Source: a virus (Duplodnaviria > Caudoviricetes). From it: a DNA stretch of 64,000 nt. The notes beneath the pieces are model-generated. The model was not told where the DNA came from and did not search any database. It saw nothing but the letters and a program-made list of their open reading frames with translations. How positions within the stretch are numbered: the first letter of the stretch is position 1; each line of letters opens with the position of its first letter. Shown here piece after piece: positions 16,518 through 27,803 of the stretch. The position numbers were made by a program, and so were the translations under genes. The DNA lies in the IMG/VR virus record IMGVR_UViG_3300034084_000080, positions 6,631 to 70,630 of that record. One strand, 5' to 3'.

Positions 16518-17203
16518 TTATTTCTTTACCATTTCCTTTAACTGTTCCTTGTCAGTGACCTTACCAACACAGGTAAAATCTTCATTTTGGTCATTCCATT
16601 CGTGTAGAAGTTGATCTTCTGTATTAAACTTAAAGTCATAGAATCCTAAGTAGTAAGTATTACCTCCTAATGATCTAAATCCTAAGTCTGTTAGGTCATT
16701 TTCTGTTACCATTGTGTATTTGAAGTTACTTAAACAATCTTATTAAATCGTTAATATCTTCCATTGTGGATGCGTTGGTTATATTAAAATCCAATAAAAC
16801 TTTCCAATCGCTTTTATAAACTATTATATAAGGATAAGATAATACAAACCTGTTATCTGATTCTTCAAACCCCATCTCAATCAGAGCTTCTGGGGTGATT
16901 TTAGTTGCCATTTTGTTGCTCCTTTCTTAAACGGCCTTCGTATTTGTCAATCAAGTGTTCGCACATTCCTGTGCATTGATTTAATTGTAAGTGGCACTCG
17001 CATTCTAACCTATTTACTGAAACAGCTTTTTTAAGTTCTTGGAATACGAATTTCATTCCGGTATAAGTACAAACAAAAGTATTTTTAAACGGCTCTTTAA
17101 ATCTTTTCTTTGGGTGTCTAAATTTAATATAGTTCCGCGCCTTTCTTAAATCATCGAAATACAACCCTTCGTATACTTCGCCCTTGTTCATTATTACTAT
17201 CAT
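16518..17203 (-). other. Three small ORFs (16518-16712, 16726-16911, 16901-17203)
   Basis: ORF track; the first two share a T-x2-L-x2-(L/M)GF start; third start placed at 17203 by ATGA coupling. Confidence 0.55.
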
Positions 17204-17589
17204 TTTTGTTCCTCCTTTCTTTGGTTGTACCATTGGCAAAAATCAGCTACAGCCATATATGTAGCTTCAATTAGTGCATCACCATAAAATAACTGATGAC
17301 CATTTAATCTTACCATTATTTTACCATTATCATCGTTTAACATTCCGAATGTTCTCGGATATGAGTGTTTAACGTACTCTATATCATCTCCTATTTCTAA
17401 ACGGCAAATCTTCTCAACAACTCTAATTAACTCATTCCAATCTGAGTGATAAGTGAATGTAGTATCAAGTTATACTCTGTTACCTTTACGGTATGTTCGT
17501 GTTTTATCAGGGAATGAATCATCTATAACAAATCCATCAAACTCAGCAATAGCCTTGTTCATCTCCTCTATAGTTTGTATTGGTGTCAT
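17200..17589 (-). pseudogene. 129-codon phage gene interrupted by one in-frame TAA (codon 40)
   Basis: ATGA-coupled at both ends; frame open before and after TAA at 17470-17472; YHSDWNELIRVVEKI...IEATYMAVADFCQWYN motif follows the stop. Confidence 0.75.
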
Positions 17590-17987
17590 AGCTTTTCAAA
17601 GTAAAATATCACTGGCTGATTTGTTTCTTTCACAAGACCATATCTTTTTGCAAACTTGTACTGATTTGTATAACTGTTTAGGCTGTGAATAAAATTAGCT
17701 ATCCTATCTCTGAAAGCTTCAATAGATACGCTCGATTTCAATATGTTACATGAAGCACATGAAGGCATATAATTGTCAATATGATTTGCATTTGGGTTAT
17801 AATATCCATCTTGAACTAATTTACCTTCGATCCATGTTCTACCAACATAATGCCCTTTTATCCACTTAGTTCTTCTTTGACATGGTTCCAGATGATCTAC
17901 GTGCCAACCTTTAACTAAATTGCACCCGCAATAAGCGCACTTACCTCCGTACTTGTTAAAAACTATTTCTCTTTCAGATTTCTTCAT
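17586..17987 (-). CDS. HNH endonuclease
   Basis: KYGGKCAYCG...WHVDHLEP...NYMPSCASCNILK. Confidence 0.85.
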   Translation of the reverse strand: MKKSEREIVFNKYGGKCAYCGCNLVKGWHVDHLEPCQRRTKWIKGHYVGRTWIEGKLVQDGYYNPNANHIDNYMPSCASCNILKSSVSIEAFRDRIANFIHSLNSYTNQYKFAKRYGLVKETNQPVIFYFEKL

Positions 17988-18008
17988 CTCAATACTGCTT
18001 ATTATGAA

Positions 18009-19449
<1,441 letters not shown>

Positions 19450-19450
19450 G

Positions 19451-19834
19451 TTATTGTTGTTTAGGTGGTTCAGGATAAGGCATATAAAAAGGATATTCTT
19501 CGGCAGTATCGCAATGAATATTCCACTCCATAGGAACAATCCAGCCAGTATCTTCTGCAATTCTCCAACCTAATATAATTTGTTTGTCAATAGGTGGATT
19601 ATCTGATGTTTTTATCCATTGTGATTGATTAGCGTGCCATGATTCAATGATTTCTTCCAAATCTGAAATTCTATCTGCAAATTCAGAATCGGGCTCATTG
19701 TCTGGATGAGCAGACATGCAAAGCAAAACAGAATTTAGCTTTGTCAAAATTTGTTCTTTTTTCATCTCATTATTGTTTAGATTTTGTAAGTCAATCATAT
19801 AAGAAATAGAACTATGCCTATAAACAATAAGCAC
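19451..19834 (-). CDS. DUF551-like protein
   Basis: QWIKTSDNPP...YMPYPEPPKQQ; true start probably internal (MKKEQ). Confidence 0.55.
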   Translation of the reverse strand: MLIVYRHSSISYMIDLQNLNNNEMKKEQILTKLNSVLLCMSAHPDNEPDSEFADRISDLEEIIESWHANQSQWIKTSDNPPIDKQIILGWRIAEDTGWIVPMEWNIHCDTAEEYPFYMPYPEPPKQQ

Positions 19835-19859
19835 AATACAACATAAATCTGTTTATCAC

Positions 19860-20129
19860 TCATTTTGGTCCGTATGAAATGTTTTCAAATAACTCACCAT
19901 TTGAGTTTAAAATCCTGTTATCGTTCACTTTGAATAAAGGATGAGAGTCGCCATTAGCATCTATGACAAATCCATAGAGTTCATCCGATACTTCACCTCC
20001 GATGGATTTATGTCTACCTAACGCTCTTTCAAATGATTTTTCATCATTAAGCTTATCAATATAAGTATACTGATTGCCTAACTCTTTGTTTACCGAAATT
20101 CCTTCGGATGTAAATCTTAATACAAACAT
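19860..20129 (-). CDS. Hypothetical protein
   Basis: MFVLR...ELGNQY...YILNSNG-like pattern; 89 aa. Confidence 0.55.
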   Translation of the reverse strand: MFVLRFTSEGISVNKELGNQYTYIDKLNDEKSFERALGRHKSIGGEVSDELYGFVIDANGDSHPLFKVNDNRILNSNGELFENISYGPK

Positions 20130-20173
20130 TTTATTTTAGGTTTAATTCGCCACTGAATTGTGGACTTTATATA

Positions 20174-20494
20174 CTATTGTTGTTTAGGTGGTTCAGGAAG
20201 TGGCATCCAATGAGTGACTGTTATGTGAGGAGAACCGTTCCATCTTTTTAATTCAAAATCATAAGATTTGACTGACATTTTATTCCCTGCAATTGTTAAT
20301 ACATCTTTACTCATTTGTAATCTATTTTCATCAGGCAATCTATCCTCAACACTTATCCATTGTGGTTGATTAGCGCGCCACGTTGCACCGAGTTTGAAAG
20401 CTTCAATAAATACAGTAGAATAAAGTTCTCCATTTGGATATGTATAGTCAAACCATGCTTTGTCAGCAGCTTCTTCAAGTGTTTCTTTTTTCAC
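20174..20494 (-). CDS. DUF551 domain protein
   Basis: QWISVEDRLP...VTHWMPLPEPP. Confidence 0.8.
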   Translation of the reverse strand: MKKETLEEAADKAWFDYTYPNGELYSTVFIEAFKLGATWRANQPQWISVEDRLPDENRLQMSKDVLTIAGNKMSVKSYDFELKRWNGSPHITVTHWMPLPEPPKQQ

Positions 20495-20495
20495 A

Positions 20496-20708
20496 TTAAT
20501 TCATTTTAAAGTTCATATAATCTATTATTTGATCTCCTGATATCTCTGCTTCAAGTAGTCCATCTACTTTACAGTAACCTAATCCATTTCGCTCACAAAA
20601 TTCCCGAGCATCGTTAAATGATATTCCTGGAATATTTGGACCTGCGTATAATGTTAGTTCTCCGGTTATTGGAGAAATAGCTTGAATTAATGTTGTGTAT
20701 AGATTCAT
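20496..20708 (-). CDS. Hypothetical protein
   Basis: 70-aa ORF in operon. Confidence 0.55.
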   Translation of the reverse strand: MNLYTTLIQAISPITGELTLYAGPNIPGISFNDAREFCERNGLGYCKVDGLLEAEISGDQIIDYMNFKMN

Positions 20709-20889
20709 GTGACAGATTTTTTAACAAAGTGTGGATCGTTTGCCAATTTCACCATCGGACCAACTATATTAAGCCTTCCACATACAATTGCTATACTCAG
20801 TTCTGTTAGTTTTACACTGCCACATCCGCAGTTAGATAGCACCGTTTTTACCCTGAAATTGTAGTGGAAGGAAAGAACGCCTGATTTTT

Positions 20890-20908
20890 TAATACGATTA
20901 TCGAATAA
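20890..20908. promoter_or_regulatory. 19-bp palindromic operator-like site
   Basis: TAATACGATTATCGAATAA. Confidence 0.7.
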
Positions 20909-21334
20909 TTAATACCTAAAATCAGTAAAATGTATTACTGCCATTGGTTCGCTTGTTCTCACTTTAAACCAATCGCAAAAATCTTCGAAAGATAATCCAT
21001 CATTCTTTGCCACAAGCTCCCAATCGACTTTTTTACCATCAATGCTTGCGAAAATGAAGTTTTTCGGATCATCAAGCTTTTGGATCCCGACCTTAGTTGT
21101 AGATAAAATTTCTTGTTGTGGAGATTTGTATGGTTTACCGGTCCATACACGAATTGAAAGCTTTGCATGGCCGGAGTTTATTTCATAGATTCTCTTCTCC
21201 CATAATTCGTAATTGCCTCTGATCGTGTGAAGTTTAATGCCTGAAGATATTTTTTCAGGAAAGAATGTCTGAGATCCTTTTTTAGAATGGGTTGCAGGGA
21301 ATACCCTGGATACCATTAATACGTAAGTATTCAT
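20909..21334 (-). CDS. ASCH/PUA-like protein
   Basis: KLHTIR...WTGKPYKSPQ...LAKNDGL-like...DFCDWF. Confidence 0.6.
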   Translation of the reverse strand: MNTYVLMVSRVFPATHSKKGSQTFFPEKISSGIKLHTIRGNYELWEKRIYEINSGHAKLSIRVWTGKPYKSPQQEILSTTKVGIQKLDDPKNFIFASIDGKKVDWELVAKNDGLSFEDFCDWFKVRTSEPMAVIHFTDFRY

Positions 21335-21367
21335 AAAGAATTTGTTGTTGTTACGGTGTTGTTATTT

Positions 21368-21406
21368 CAAAGATAAATTATCTTATACGATTTTCATATA
21401 TTTTTG
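21368..21406. promoter_or_regulatory. Divergent promoter region with an operator at 21383-21401
   Basis: (-) TATCTTTG at 21375-21368; (+) TATTTTTG at 21399-21406; TTATACGATTTTCATATAT between them. Confidence 0.65.
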
Positions 21407-21439
21407 ACAAAAAAAATTGATATTTGATAATAAAATTTT

Positions 21440-22225
21440 ATGGAAAAGATTAGCCTGAAAAACTTTAGTATTCCTTCAAACTATGTTTTGATCAAACCTG
21501 ATCCTGACTTTGAGTTTGTAGAGGTTGCCCCTGAGTCGCAATTTGATATAAATGGCGAGCCTGTTAAAATCTGGATTGGTTACAATTCAGAAACTCATGG
21601 CCGGCACTTTGGGATCACCGGTAAAGTAATTGCCGTTCCTGAAAAGCTTGTTTTCAATAAACAGAAGATTGAAAAGTACAAGAAAAAGCTGGGATCAACC
21701 AGGATGGTGAGTGATCAGATACGGATTGCAAACTTGATGGAAAGTTCTTTGGAGGTAGATGTCCTAATGGAACTGCAGCCAGGAGATAAAGTTTGGTTCA
21801 GCTACTTATGCCAAATCAATGCTGTTACCAATAAAATACTCATTGACACTGAGGAGTATGGTATGTGCTTCCTTGCCAGGTATGATGAATTGTACTGCTA
21901 CGAAAGAGATGGTGAACTTGAATTGATCAATGGGTGGGTGTGGATAAAACGGATTGAGAGAAAAACCACGACAAGCTCCGGGATTGAACTTCAGTTATCA
22001 GAGAAAAACAAATTCCATAATGGTCATGGTGAGATTGTAAAATTCGGAAAGCCGGTTATGAACTATATGGATGGTGAAAAAGAATATCCGTGGGCATTTA
22101 GCGGTGGTGAACAAGTTGTCTATGCAAGTAAAATGGGGCACCCAATTGAATACGGAATGCACAGAAAGCTTACGGATAGCGAGGTGTATAGTATTCGAAG
22201 GAAACACATTTACGCTGTATTATGA
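21440..22225 (+). CDS. Phage GroES-like co-chaperonin (two GroES-like halves)
   Basis: NYVLIKPD...GKVIAVP...ELQPGDKVWF and GWVWIKRIE...TTSSGI...GEIVKFG...GEQVVY. Confidence 0.65.
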   Translation: MEKISLKNFSIPSNYVLIKPDPDFEFVEVAPESQFDINGEPVKIWIGYNSETHGRHFGITGKVIAVPEKLVFNKQKIEKYKKKLGSTRMVSDQIRIANLMESSLEVDVLMELQPGDKVWFSYLCQINAVTNKILIDTEEYGMCFLARYDELYCYERDGELELINGWVWIKRIERKTTTSSGIELQLSEKNKFHNGHGEIVKFGKPVMNYMDGEKEYPWAFSGGEQVVYASKMGHPIEYGMHRKLTDSEVYSIRRKHIYAVL

Positions 22226-22309
22226 GCAAATCATACATAGATGAGGAAGGTGAACTGTACTTATGGAAAAGCGGTAACTATTGGATTCGCCTAAATTTTA
22301 GTAACTGAT

Positions 22310-22900
22310 ATGGATTTTTCAGCATTGCCATACGATGTTTCAAAGCCTGGGTTGTTGATTGAAAACTATCCTGAGTTGAAATATTATGAAGAGTTTTCAA
22401 ATCCGGACCATGATCAGCTTCTAAAGCTTGTTGTTCTAATCACCGATGAGAATAGCCCTTTTGTAATCAGCGAGAAAAGCTTTACCGGCATCGTAACTTC
22501 CTCATGCAAATACCTGAAAATAGAGGATGAAAGCTTCATTGAATGTTTGGTCATGGGCTATGGTCACGATGATGTTGATATTGTATTTCAGATGCAATGT
22601 TCATATTTCCGAATCAATAACAATTGGGAATATAATACATGGTATGATTTGATGTACCAATACCATGAAAATAGTTTGGTTTTAAGAACCCCTCTTAATG
22701 CTTCTGATCGCGATTATGAAAAGAAAGCTGAAACCAAACAGAAAATTCGTAATCACCAGGTAGAGCTTCAAAAAACTCTTGTTCAATATGAGAATCAGAT
22801 CTTCCCAAGAGGCACGAATATCAAAAAGGTGATCACAAAGCACGTTTCAAAAGTAACGAACTGGCCTGAGAAAATGGCTAGAGAAAAACCTACGCCATAA
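22310..22900 (+). CDS. Hypothetical protein, candidate terminase small subunit
   Basis: Helical 196-aa ORF coupled (TAATG) to the terminase large subunit. Confidence 0.4.
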   Translation: MDFSALPYDVSKPGLLIENYPELKYYEEFSNPDHDQLLKLVVLITDENSPFVISEKSFTGIVTSSCKYLKIEDESFIECLVMGYGHDDVDIVFQMQCSYFRINNNWEYNTWYDLMYQYHENSLVLRTPLNASDRDYEKKAETKQKIRNHQVELQKTLVQYENQIFPRGTNIKKVITKHVSKVTNWPEKMAREKPTP

Positions 22901-24990
22901 TGCCAAAGGAATTATATACCGTTAATTGGGATAAGATCTCTGGTACTGTGCCATTGGGAGGTTATGATGTTCCATTGCCGGAAAAACCACCATTGGAATC
23001 AATGGAAAATCATGGTTTGGATATCATCGAACAGAAATTTAAACGAACAAAAATCCCAGATTCGTTATTAAAAAGAAAGCCGATTACTGAGGAAAGTGAA
23101 GAAGATGATTTTATCAGGGGTGAATATCACAAGATTTTTAATGGTACATGGGTAATAATTAAGGGTATTCCGATCTATTTAACCGGAGCATACTATTTCT
23201 TCCTTAATTATTGGACTACCAATCAGGGTAAAAAACCTGACTTCAAATATATCCAATGCCTACTGTTCCTATTTTGGGAAATGGTTATCAGGAATAAAAA
23301 TCTGTATGGATTGTTCCTGGTTAAACCGAGGCGTATCGGTGGAACTGAAATTACGATTGCCTGGCTATACTCAGATGTATTAAGGTATCGGAATATGGTT
23401 TGTGGAATGCAGTCCAAAAATGAGGATTCTGTATTCAAGAACTACCGGAGGGTATTGAATGCTCACAAAAATATGATCTGGTTTATGAAGCCGATAAACC
23501 AAGGATCAACCGGCAACAGGGATGGTTTATTCTTACGGTACCCGGAGGAGCAACAAACAGCAAAGAAGTTAAAGGAAGCTGCGGAAAATGGAGATAAAGA
23601 ATCAAGCTATGAAGATCCGGAGATAAACTCAGAACTAACCTATCAACCTTCAGTTGCGACAGCCTACGATGGTGAAAGGCTTGACAGATATATTCTCAAC
23701 GAGTTCGGTAAAATGGAGAAGATGTCTGCAGTTGATTGTTGGGATAAAGTGAAGCCATGTCACCACATTGATAATGGTGAAACTATCACCGGAAAAGCAG
23801 TATTTGAATCAACCATTGAGGAAATGAATGATGATCAAATATCTGAGTTGGTTGATATGTGGAATGATAGCAATCCGGATAACCTTGATGAAAATGGCAG
23901 AACCATTTCCGGGTTGATCAGACTATTTATATCGGCTACAGATGCAGCAAAAGAAGATGAGTGGGGTTTCCCTAAGTCTGAGGAAACACTTTTATTCCTT
24001 GAAAAGCAATTTGCAGCATTAAAGGCCGCAGGAAAAACAAAGGAGCTTGCAAATTTAAAACGTAAAGTTCCATTGGTTATCGAAGATGCTTTAACGCCAT
24101 CCGGTGATCAATGTTCATTCAACAAAGAAAATCTTCAAGAAGTATTATCTGATATAGACTTCCCGGCCAAGGGTAAAGAAAAGCCTTCAGTCAGAGGGAA
24201 TTTAATGTGGGAAAATGGGAATTTCAATGGCAGAGTAATATTTGAGCCTAATCCGGAAGGTAGATGGTGTTTTTCTATGCTTGCCGGCCCGAATACATAC
24301 CAGGATAACAAAGTTGGATATGTTGGTCCGGACAGAGTTCCCGGTAACATAAATAAGATCAGAATTGGAATTGACCCTTACGATCATAAAGAGGTTGTCG
24401 ACAGTAGAAAATCAAAAGGTGGTGCCGTTGGTGGTATCATGTACGATGATCTTATTGATGGTGCCAAAGTTGGTGAGGATGGAAAACCACTTGATTTAGG
24501 ACTTGAATGGGAAACACATCAACCAATATTTACTTATTACTACAGACAGCCTGATCCGCAAGACTTTTTCGAAGATATGCTGATGAGTGCTGTTTATTGC
24601 GGGGCACCTGTGCTTTTTGAAAACAATAAGCAATCAATCAGGAATCATTTTGTGAATAGAGGATATAAAGCTTTCATCATGACAAGGCCGGAAGGAACTA
24701 TGTCTGCGGAGCAAAGAAAAGGAATGATTACAGATGGTATTCCGGCCAGTGAAAATACTATTCAGCAGTACTATGATGCAATTGATACATACATTTCAAG
24801 GAACGCGAGAAGTATTAAGCTTAGAGATCTTGTTGTTGACCTTCTGGGTATGAATAGGAAAAATCATGGTAAGCATGACTTAGGTGTTGCTTTTGGTTGG
24901 TTGCTTATTGCAATGACAAAGAAGTACCCAATATTGAAAGAGTATAACGAGGAAGAAAAAGAGGAATGGTTTGAAGTTTATGAGGTATGA
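22900..24990 (+). CDS. terL: Terminase large subunit
   Basis: LVKPRRIGGT Walker A, ILNEFGK Walker B, GIDPYD RNase H-like nuclease motif, HDLGVAFG. Confidence 0.92.
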   Translation: MPKELYTVNWDKISGTVPLGGYDVPLPEKPPLESMENHGLDIIEQKFKRTKIPDSLLKRKPITEESEEDDFIRGEYHKIFNGTWVIIKGIPIYLTGAYYFFLNYWTTNQGKKPDFKYIQCLLFLFWEMVIRNKNLYGLFLVKPRRIGGTEITIAWLYSDVLRYRNMVCGMQSKNEDSVFKNYRRVLNAHKNMIWFMKPINQGSTGNRDGLFLRYPEEQQTAKKLKEAAENGDKESSYEDPEINSELTYQPSVATAYDGERLDRYILNEFGKMEKMSAVDCWDKVKPCHHIDNGETITGKAVFESTIEEMNDDQISELVDMWNDSNPDNLDENGRTISGLIRLFISATDAAKEDEWGFPKSEETLLFLEKQFAALKAAGKTKELANLKRKVPLVIEDALTPSGDQCSFNKENLQEVLSDIDFPAKGKEKPSVRGNLMWENGNFNGRVIFEPNPEGRWCFSMLAGPNTYQDNKVGYVGPDRVPGNINKIRIGIDPYDHKEVVDSRKSKGGAVGGIMYDDLIDGAKVGEDGKPLDLGLEWETHQPIFTYYYRQPDPQDFFEDMLMSAVYCGAPVLFENNKQSIRNHFVNRGYKAFIMTRPEGTMSAEQRKGMITDGIPASENTIQQYYDAIDTYISRNARSIKLRDLVVDLLGMNRKNHGKHDLGVAFGWLLIAMTKKYPILKEYNEEEKEEWFEVYEV

Positions 24991-25169
24991 TTGGAGATAT
25001 TGTAAGGTTAATCGAAACCGTAAAATCAAGTTGTAAAAAAGATGTTGTATATGGTCAGTGTGGCGATAAGGTTGAGATAATAAGTGTGTTAGGCCATGTT
25101 TTATTAGTTAAGGATTTAAAGGGGAATACATTTCCTGTTCAGATAAAAAAAACAGATTATAAGTTATGA
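24987..25169 (+). CDS. Small SH3-like hypothetical protein
   Basis: 60-aa ORF coupled between terL and portal. Confidence 0.45.
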   Translation: MIGDIVRLIETVKSSCKKDVVYGQCGDKVEIISVLGHVLLVKDLKGNTFPVQIKKTDYKL

Positions 25170-27541
25170 AACTTCAGCAAGATCAGAAGTATATGAGTAA
25201 AACATATACTTTCCCAAGTGAAAACATTCCTCAGAACTTGAAGAATGAAAATGAGAAAGAGTATTACTTGAATTGCGCCAATGCAATCGTTTGGAAATAC
25301 GTAAGGAACAAGTGTTATCTACCTTATGAATATGGGTCTGATCAGGATAGCATACAAGTTCTCAGAGCTTACATGAAGGGAACAAACTCTCCTGATAAAT
25401 ATAAGAGTAGGCTTATTGGTCAACCTGATAGAAATGGTAAGAGAAAAACCACCATGAATATATCATGGAGGGTTCCTCAAATTCTATCTGAAAAAATGGA
25501 GGTTGTAAAAGGGCACCTATTAAAGATTATTTATGATATCAGGACCCAGGCAATTGATATGCAAGCCGTAATGGATAAGGAACTGATCGTTGCTAATCTA
25601 AAGCTGATGATTGATGATAAGATCAGGGCACTTCCTAATATCATTAATGAATCTGCAGGCAGAGAGGTTATTCCACAAAACGAAGATGAGGTTACATTCA
25701 GTAATGAGCAGCAAGTGGATATGTTTGCAAAAATTGGCGGTGTGCTTCTCCAACAAGAATCCAGTATTAAAATACTTCTCGATCATTCAATGACAGAGAG
25801 CGATTGGATGGGTATTTATGAGAAGTTGGTTGAGGATATTATTGCAGCAGCAATTTGCGGAACAGTTATTTACAATGATGCCGGTTGCGAAACTCCAAAA
25901 GTGGAATGGGTTGATATTGACAGGGCAATTATTCCTTATTCTGACTATAATGACCACAGAGATATTACATGGGGTGGTTATATAAGACAAATGTCAATCG
26001 CTGAATTGCGAAAAGAATCAGGGCTTTCAAATAAGGAAGTTATGGATATTGCCAGAAGATATAGCAGAGATGAAAAAACATCTCAATACATATCTGATTT
26101 CTATATCCAGGCACAATCAGGATATGGGAATGAGGGATTTGGAATGAACATGATTGACAGCTTGATTGTTGATGTTGCCGATGTGAAATGGATAGGTACA
26201 TACACTGATACCATTACCAAAGTAAAAAGGAAAAAGGAAGGTAATATTGCACTAAATAAAGTTGGCGATACATACGAGTTGTCAGCAAGGGAAATCAGAG
26301 AAGGGAAAGAATTAAATAAGTATTCGAGGCAATGCGTTTATAAAGCAAAATTGGTCATTGGAACAGATTATGTTTTTCATAACGGACTTGAATACAATCA
26401 GATCTACAAAAAAGATGATAATGGTAATATGAAAGTTGTATTTCCATTTTCATTCATCCGTACCGGAAGTACATCCATAACAAGCAAAGCCATTGGATTC
26501 TTTGATGATCTTGCAATGGCTGTTTATAAGAAACGAACAGCACTGAAGAAGTTACCTCCACCTCCAGGAGTTTATATTGAACAATCAGCATTTCAGAATG
26601 TAGATATCGGTGGGAATAAACTAACTCCATTACAATCAATGAAGCTACTGCAGGATGAAGGATATCTTATAGGTAACTCTCAGAACTTATGGGGAAATAC
26701 TACAACCGGAAGATCACCTATTACAGAAATTCCATCTGGAATCATCAGTCAGCTAACTCTTTTTAACTCTGAGATTGAGTTTAATACCCAGCAAATCGAA
26801 AGAGCAACCGGTATTAATGAAATATTTTCAGCAGCTACACCATCAAGTGAAACCGGTTTAGGTGTTAGCAAGATCGCTATTAACGCGACCATGAATGCGA
26901 TCTATCCAATAGTAAGGGCACTTGAACGTGTAGAGGAAAAATCATTGATTGTAGCTGCTAAAAAATGGCAGATTTCATCTTTAGGAATGGATGAACCTGG
27001 AAGGAAGCCGATGCCTTATGATCGTGCGCTCAGATATATAAAAATTGGTGCCGGAAGATCATTTAATGAGTACATGATAAAAATTAAGCCTGGACCTACT
27101 GATGAGGAAAAGGCAATGTTAATGCAAGAGATTAGGGCACTTCAGGATATAAGAAGGCAGTCAGGTGTTGGTGGAATAAGACCTTCTGATTATTTCATGA
27201 TCTATGAGATGGTTAGAAACGGAAACATCGAACAGGCTAGATTATACCTTGCACAAGTTGAAGAGTACATCAAAGAAATGGATGATAGAAAAGCGATGGA
27301 GAATCAGCAATTCACATTCCAATCACAAGCTGAATCAAATCAACAAGCAGCAGAAAATGAATTTGAGTTAATGCAGGCAGAAGGTCAAATAAAGGGTCAA
27401 ACAAAGGCTCAGGAAATTCAAATGCAATTGGAAGCTGATATGATACTTCAAAAGCAAAAAGCCCAGGATGAACGAAGAACAATAGCAATGTCAAATGTTT
27501 ATGGTTGGGGTGCTGACAATTACAATTCAGCAAGGAAATAA
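25166..27541 (+). CDS. Portal protein (crAss-related)
   Basis: 791 aa after terL; MNISWRVPQIL, VEWVDIDRAII, ITWGGYIRQMSIAELR, TGINE motifs; Gln-rich C-terminal coiled coil. Confidence 0.85.
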   Translation: MKLQQDQKYMSKTYTFPSENIPQNLKNENEKEYYLNCANAIVWKYVRNKCYLPYEYGSDQDSIQVLRAYMKGTNSPDKYKSRLIGQPDRNGKRKTTMNISWRVPQILSEKMEVVKGHLLKIIYDIRTQAIDMQAVMDKELIVANLKLMIDDKIRALPNIINESAGREVIPQNEDEVTFSNEQQVDMFAKIGGVLLQQESSIKILLDHSMTESDWMGIYEKLVEDIIAAAICGTVIYNDAGCETPKVEWVDIDRAIIPYSDYNDHRDITWGGYIRQMSIAELRKESGLSNKEVMDIARRYSRDEKTSQYISDFYIQAQSGYGNEGFGMNMIDSLIVDVADVKWIGTYTDTITKVKRKKEGNIALNKVGDTYELSAREIREGKELNKYSRQCVYKAKLVIGTDYVFHNGLEYNQIYKKDDNGNMKVVFPFSFIRTGSTSITSKAIGFFDDLAMAVYKKRTALKKLPPPPGVYIEQSAFQNVDIGGNKLTPLQSMKLLQDEGYLIGNSQNLWGNTTTGRSPITEIPSGIISQLTLFNSEIEFNTQQIERATGINEIFSAATPSSETGLGVSKIAINATMNAIYPIVRALERVEEKSLIVAAKKWQISSLGMDEPGRKPMPYDRALRYIKIGAGRSFNEYMIKIKPGPTDEEKAMLMQEIRALQDIRRQSGVGGIRPSDYFMIYEMVRNGNIEQARLYLAQVEEYIKEMDDRKAMENQQFTFQSQAESNQQAAENEFELMQAEGQIKGQTKAQEIQMQLEADMILQKQKAQDERRTIAMSNVYGWGADNYNSARK

Positions 27542-27572
27542 AAAAAGGCAGCCAATTACGGCTGCCTTTTTC
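27541..27572. terminator. Bidirectional intrinsic terminator
   Basis: AAAAAAGGCAGCC-AATTAC-GGCTGCCTTTTT. Confidence 0.85.
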
Positions 27573-27590
27573 ATTTTACCTGATCGGTAT

Positions 27591-27767
27591 TTACAGATTG
27601 TTTTTCTTTTCAGACACATCTTTACGGATATCAGTAGCAAGAACTTTAATTTCCTGCAATACCTTACGAAGCCTTGTGCCGGCAGCTTTGTTGTTTTTAC
27701 CGTAGAATTTATCTCCTTCGGCATTTGCTTGATCTACAAGTACTGTTAATTTTGATAATTTTGACAT
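27591..27767 (-). CDS. Histone H1-like (Hc1-family, Bacteroidetes type) protein, 58 aa, not in ORF track
   Basis: Hand translation MSKLSKLTVLVDQANAEGDKFYGKNNKAAGTRLRKVLQEIKVLATDIRKDVSEKKNNL; KFY-x2-NKAAGTR-x-RK motif. Confidence 0.8.
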   Translation of the reverse strand: MSKLSKLTVLVDQANAEGDKFYGKNNKAAGTRLRKVLQEIKVLATDIRKDVSEKKNNL

Positions 27768-27803
27768 TGTTGTTACGTGGCTAACCTTTACGCCACAGGG
27801 TTT

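Noticed and set aside
20730-20762. tRNA-like 5' fragment on (-): GGTCCGATGGTGAAATTGGCAAAC
   Set aside because: Resembles a Leu/Ser D-loop, but the D-stem does not close and there is no anticodon arm, T-arm or acceptor 3' strand
27495-27749. Track ORFs 27495-27749 (+) and 27527-27724 (-)
   Set aside because: They span a bidirectional terminator and are shadows of the Hc1-like gene in another frame
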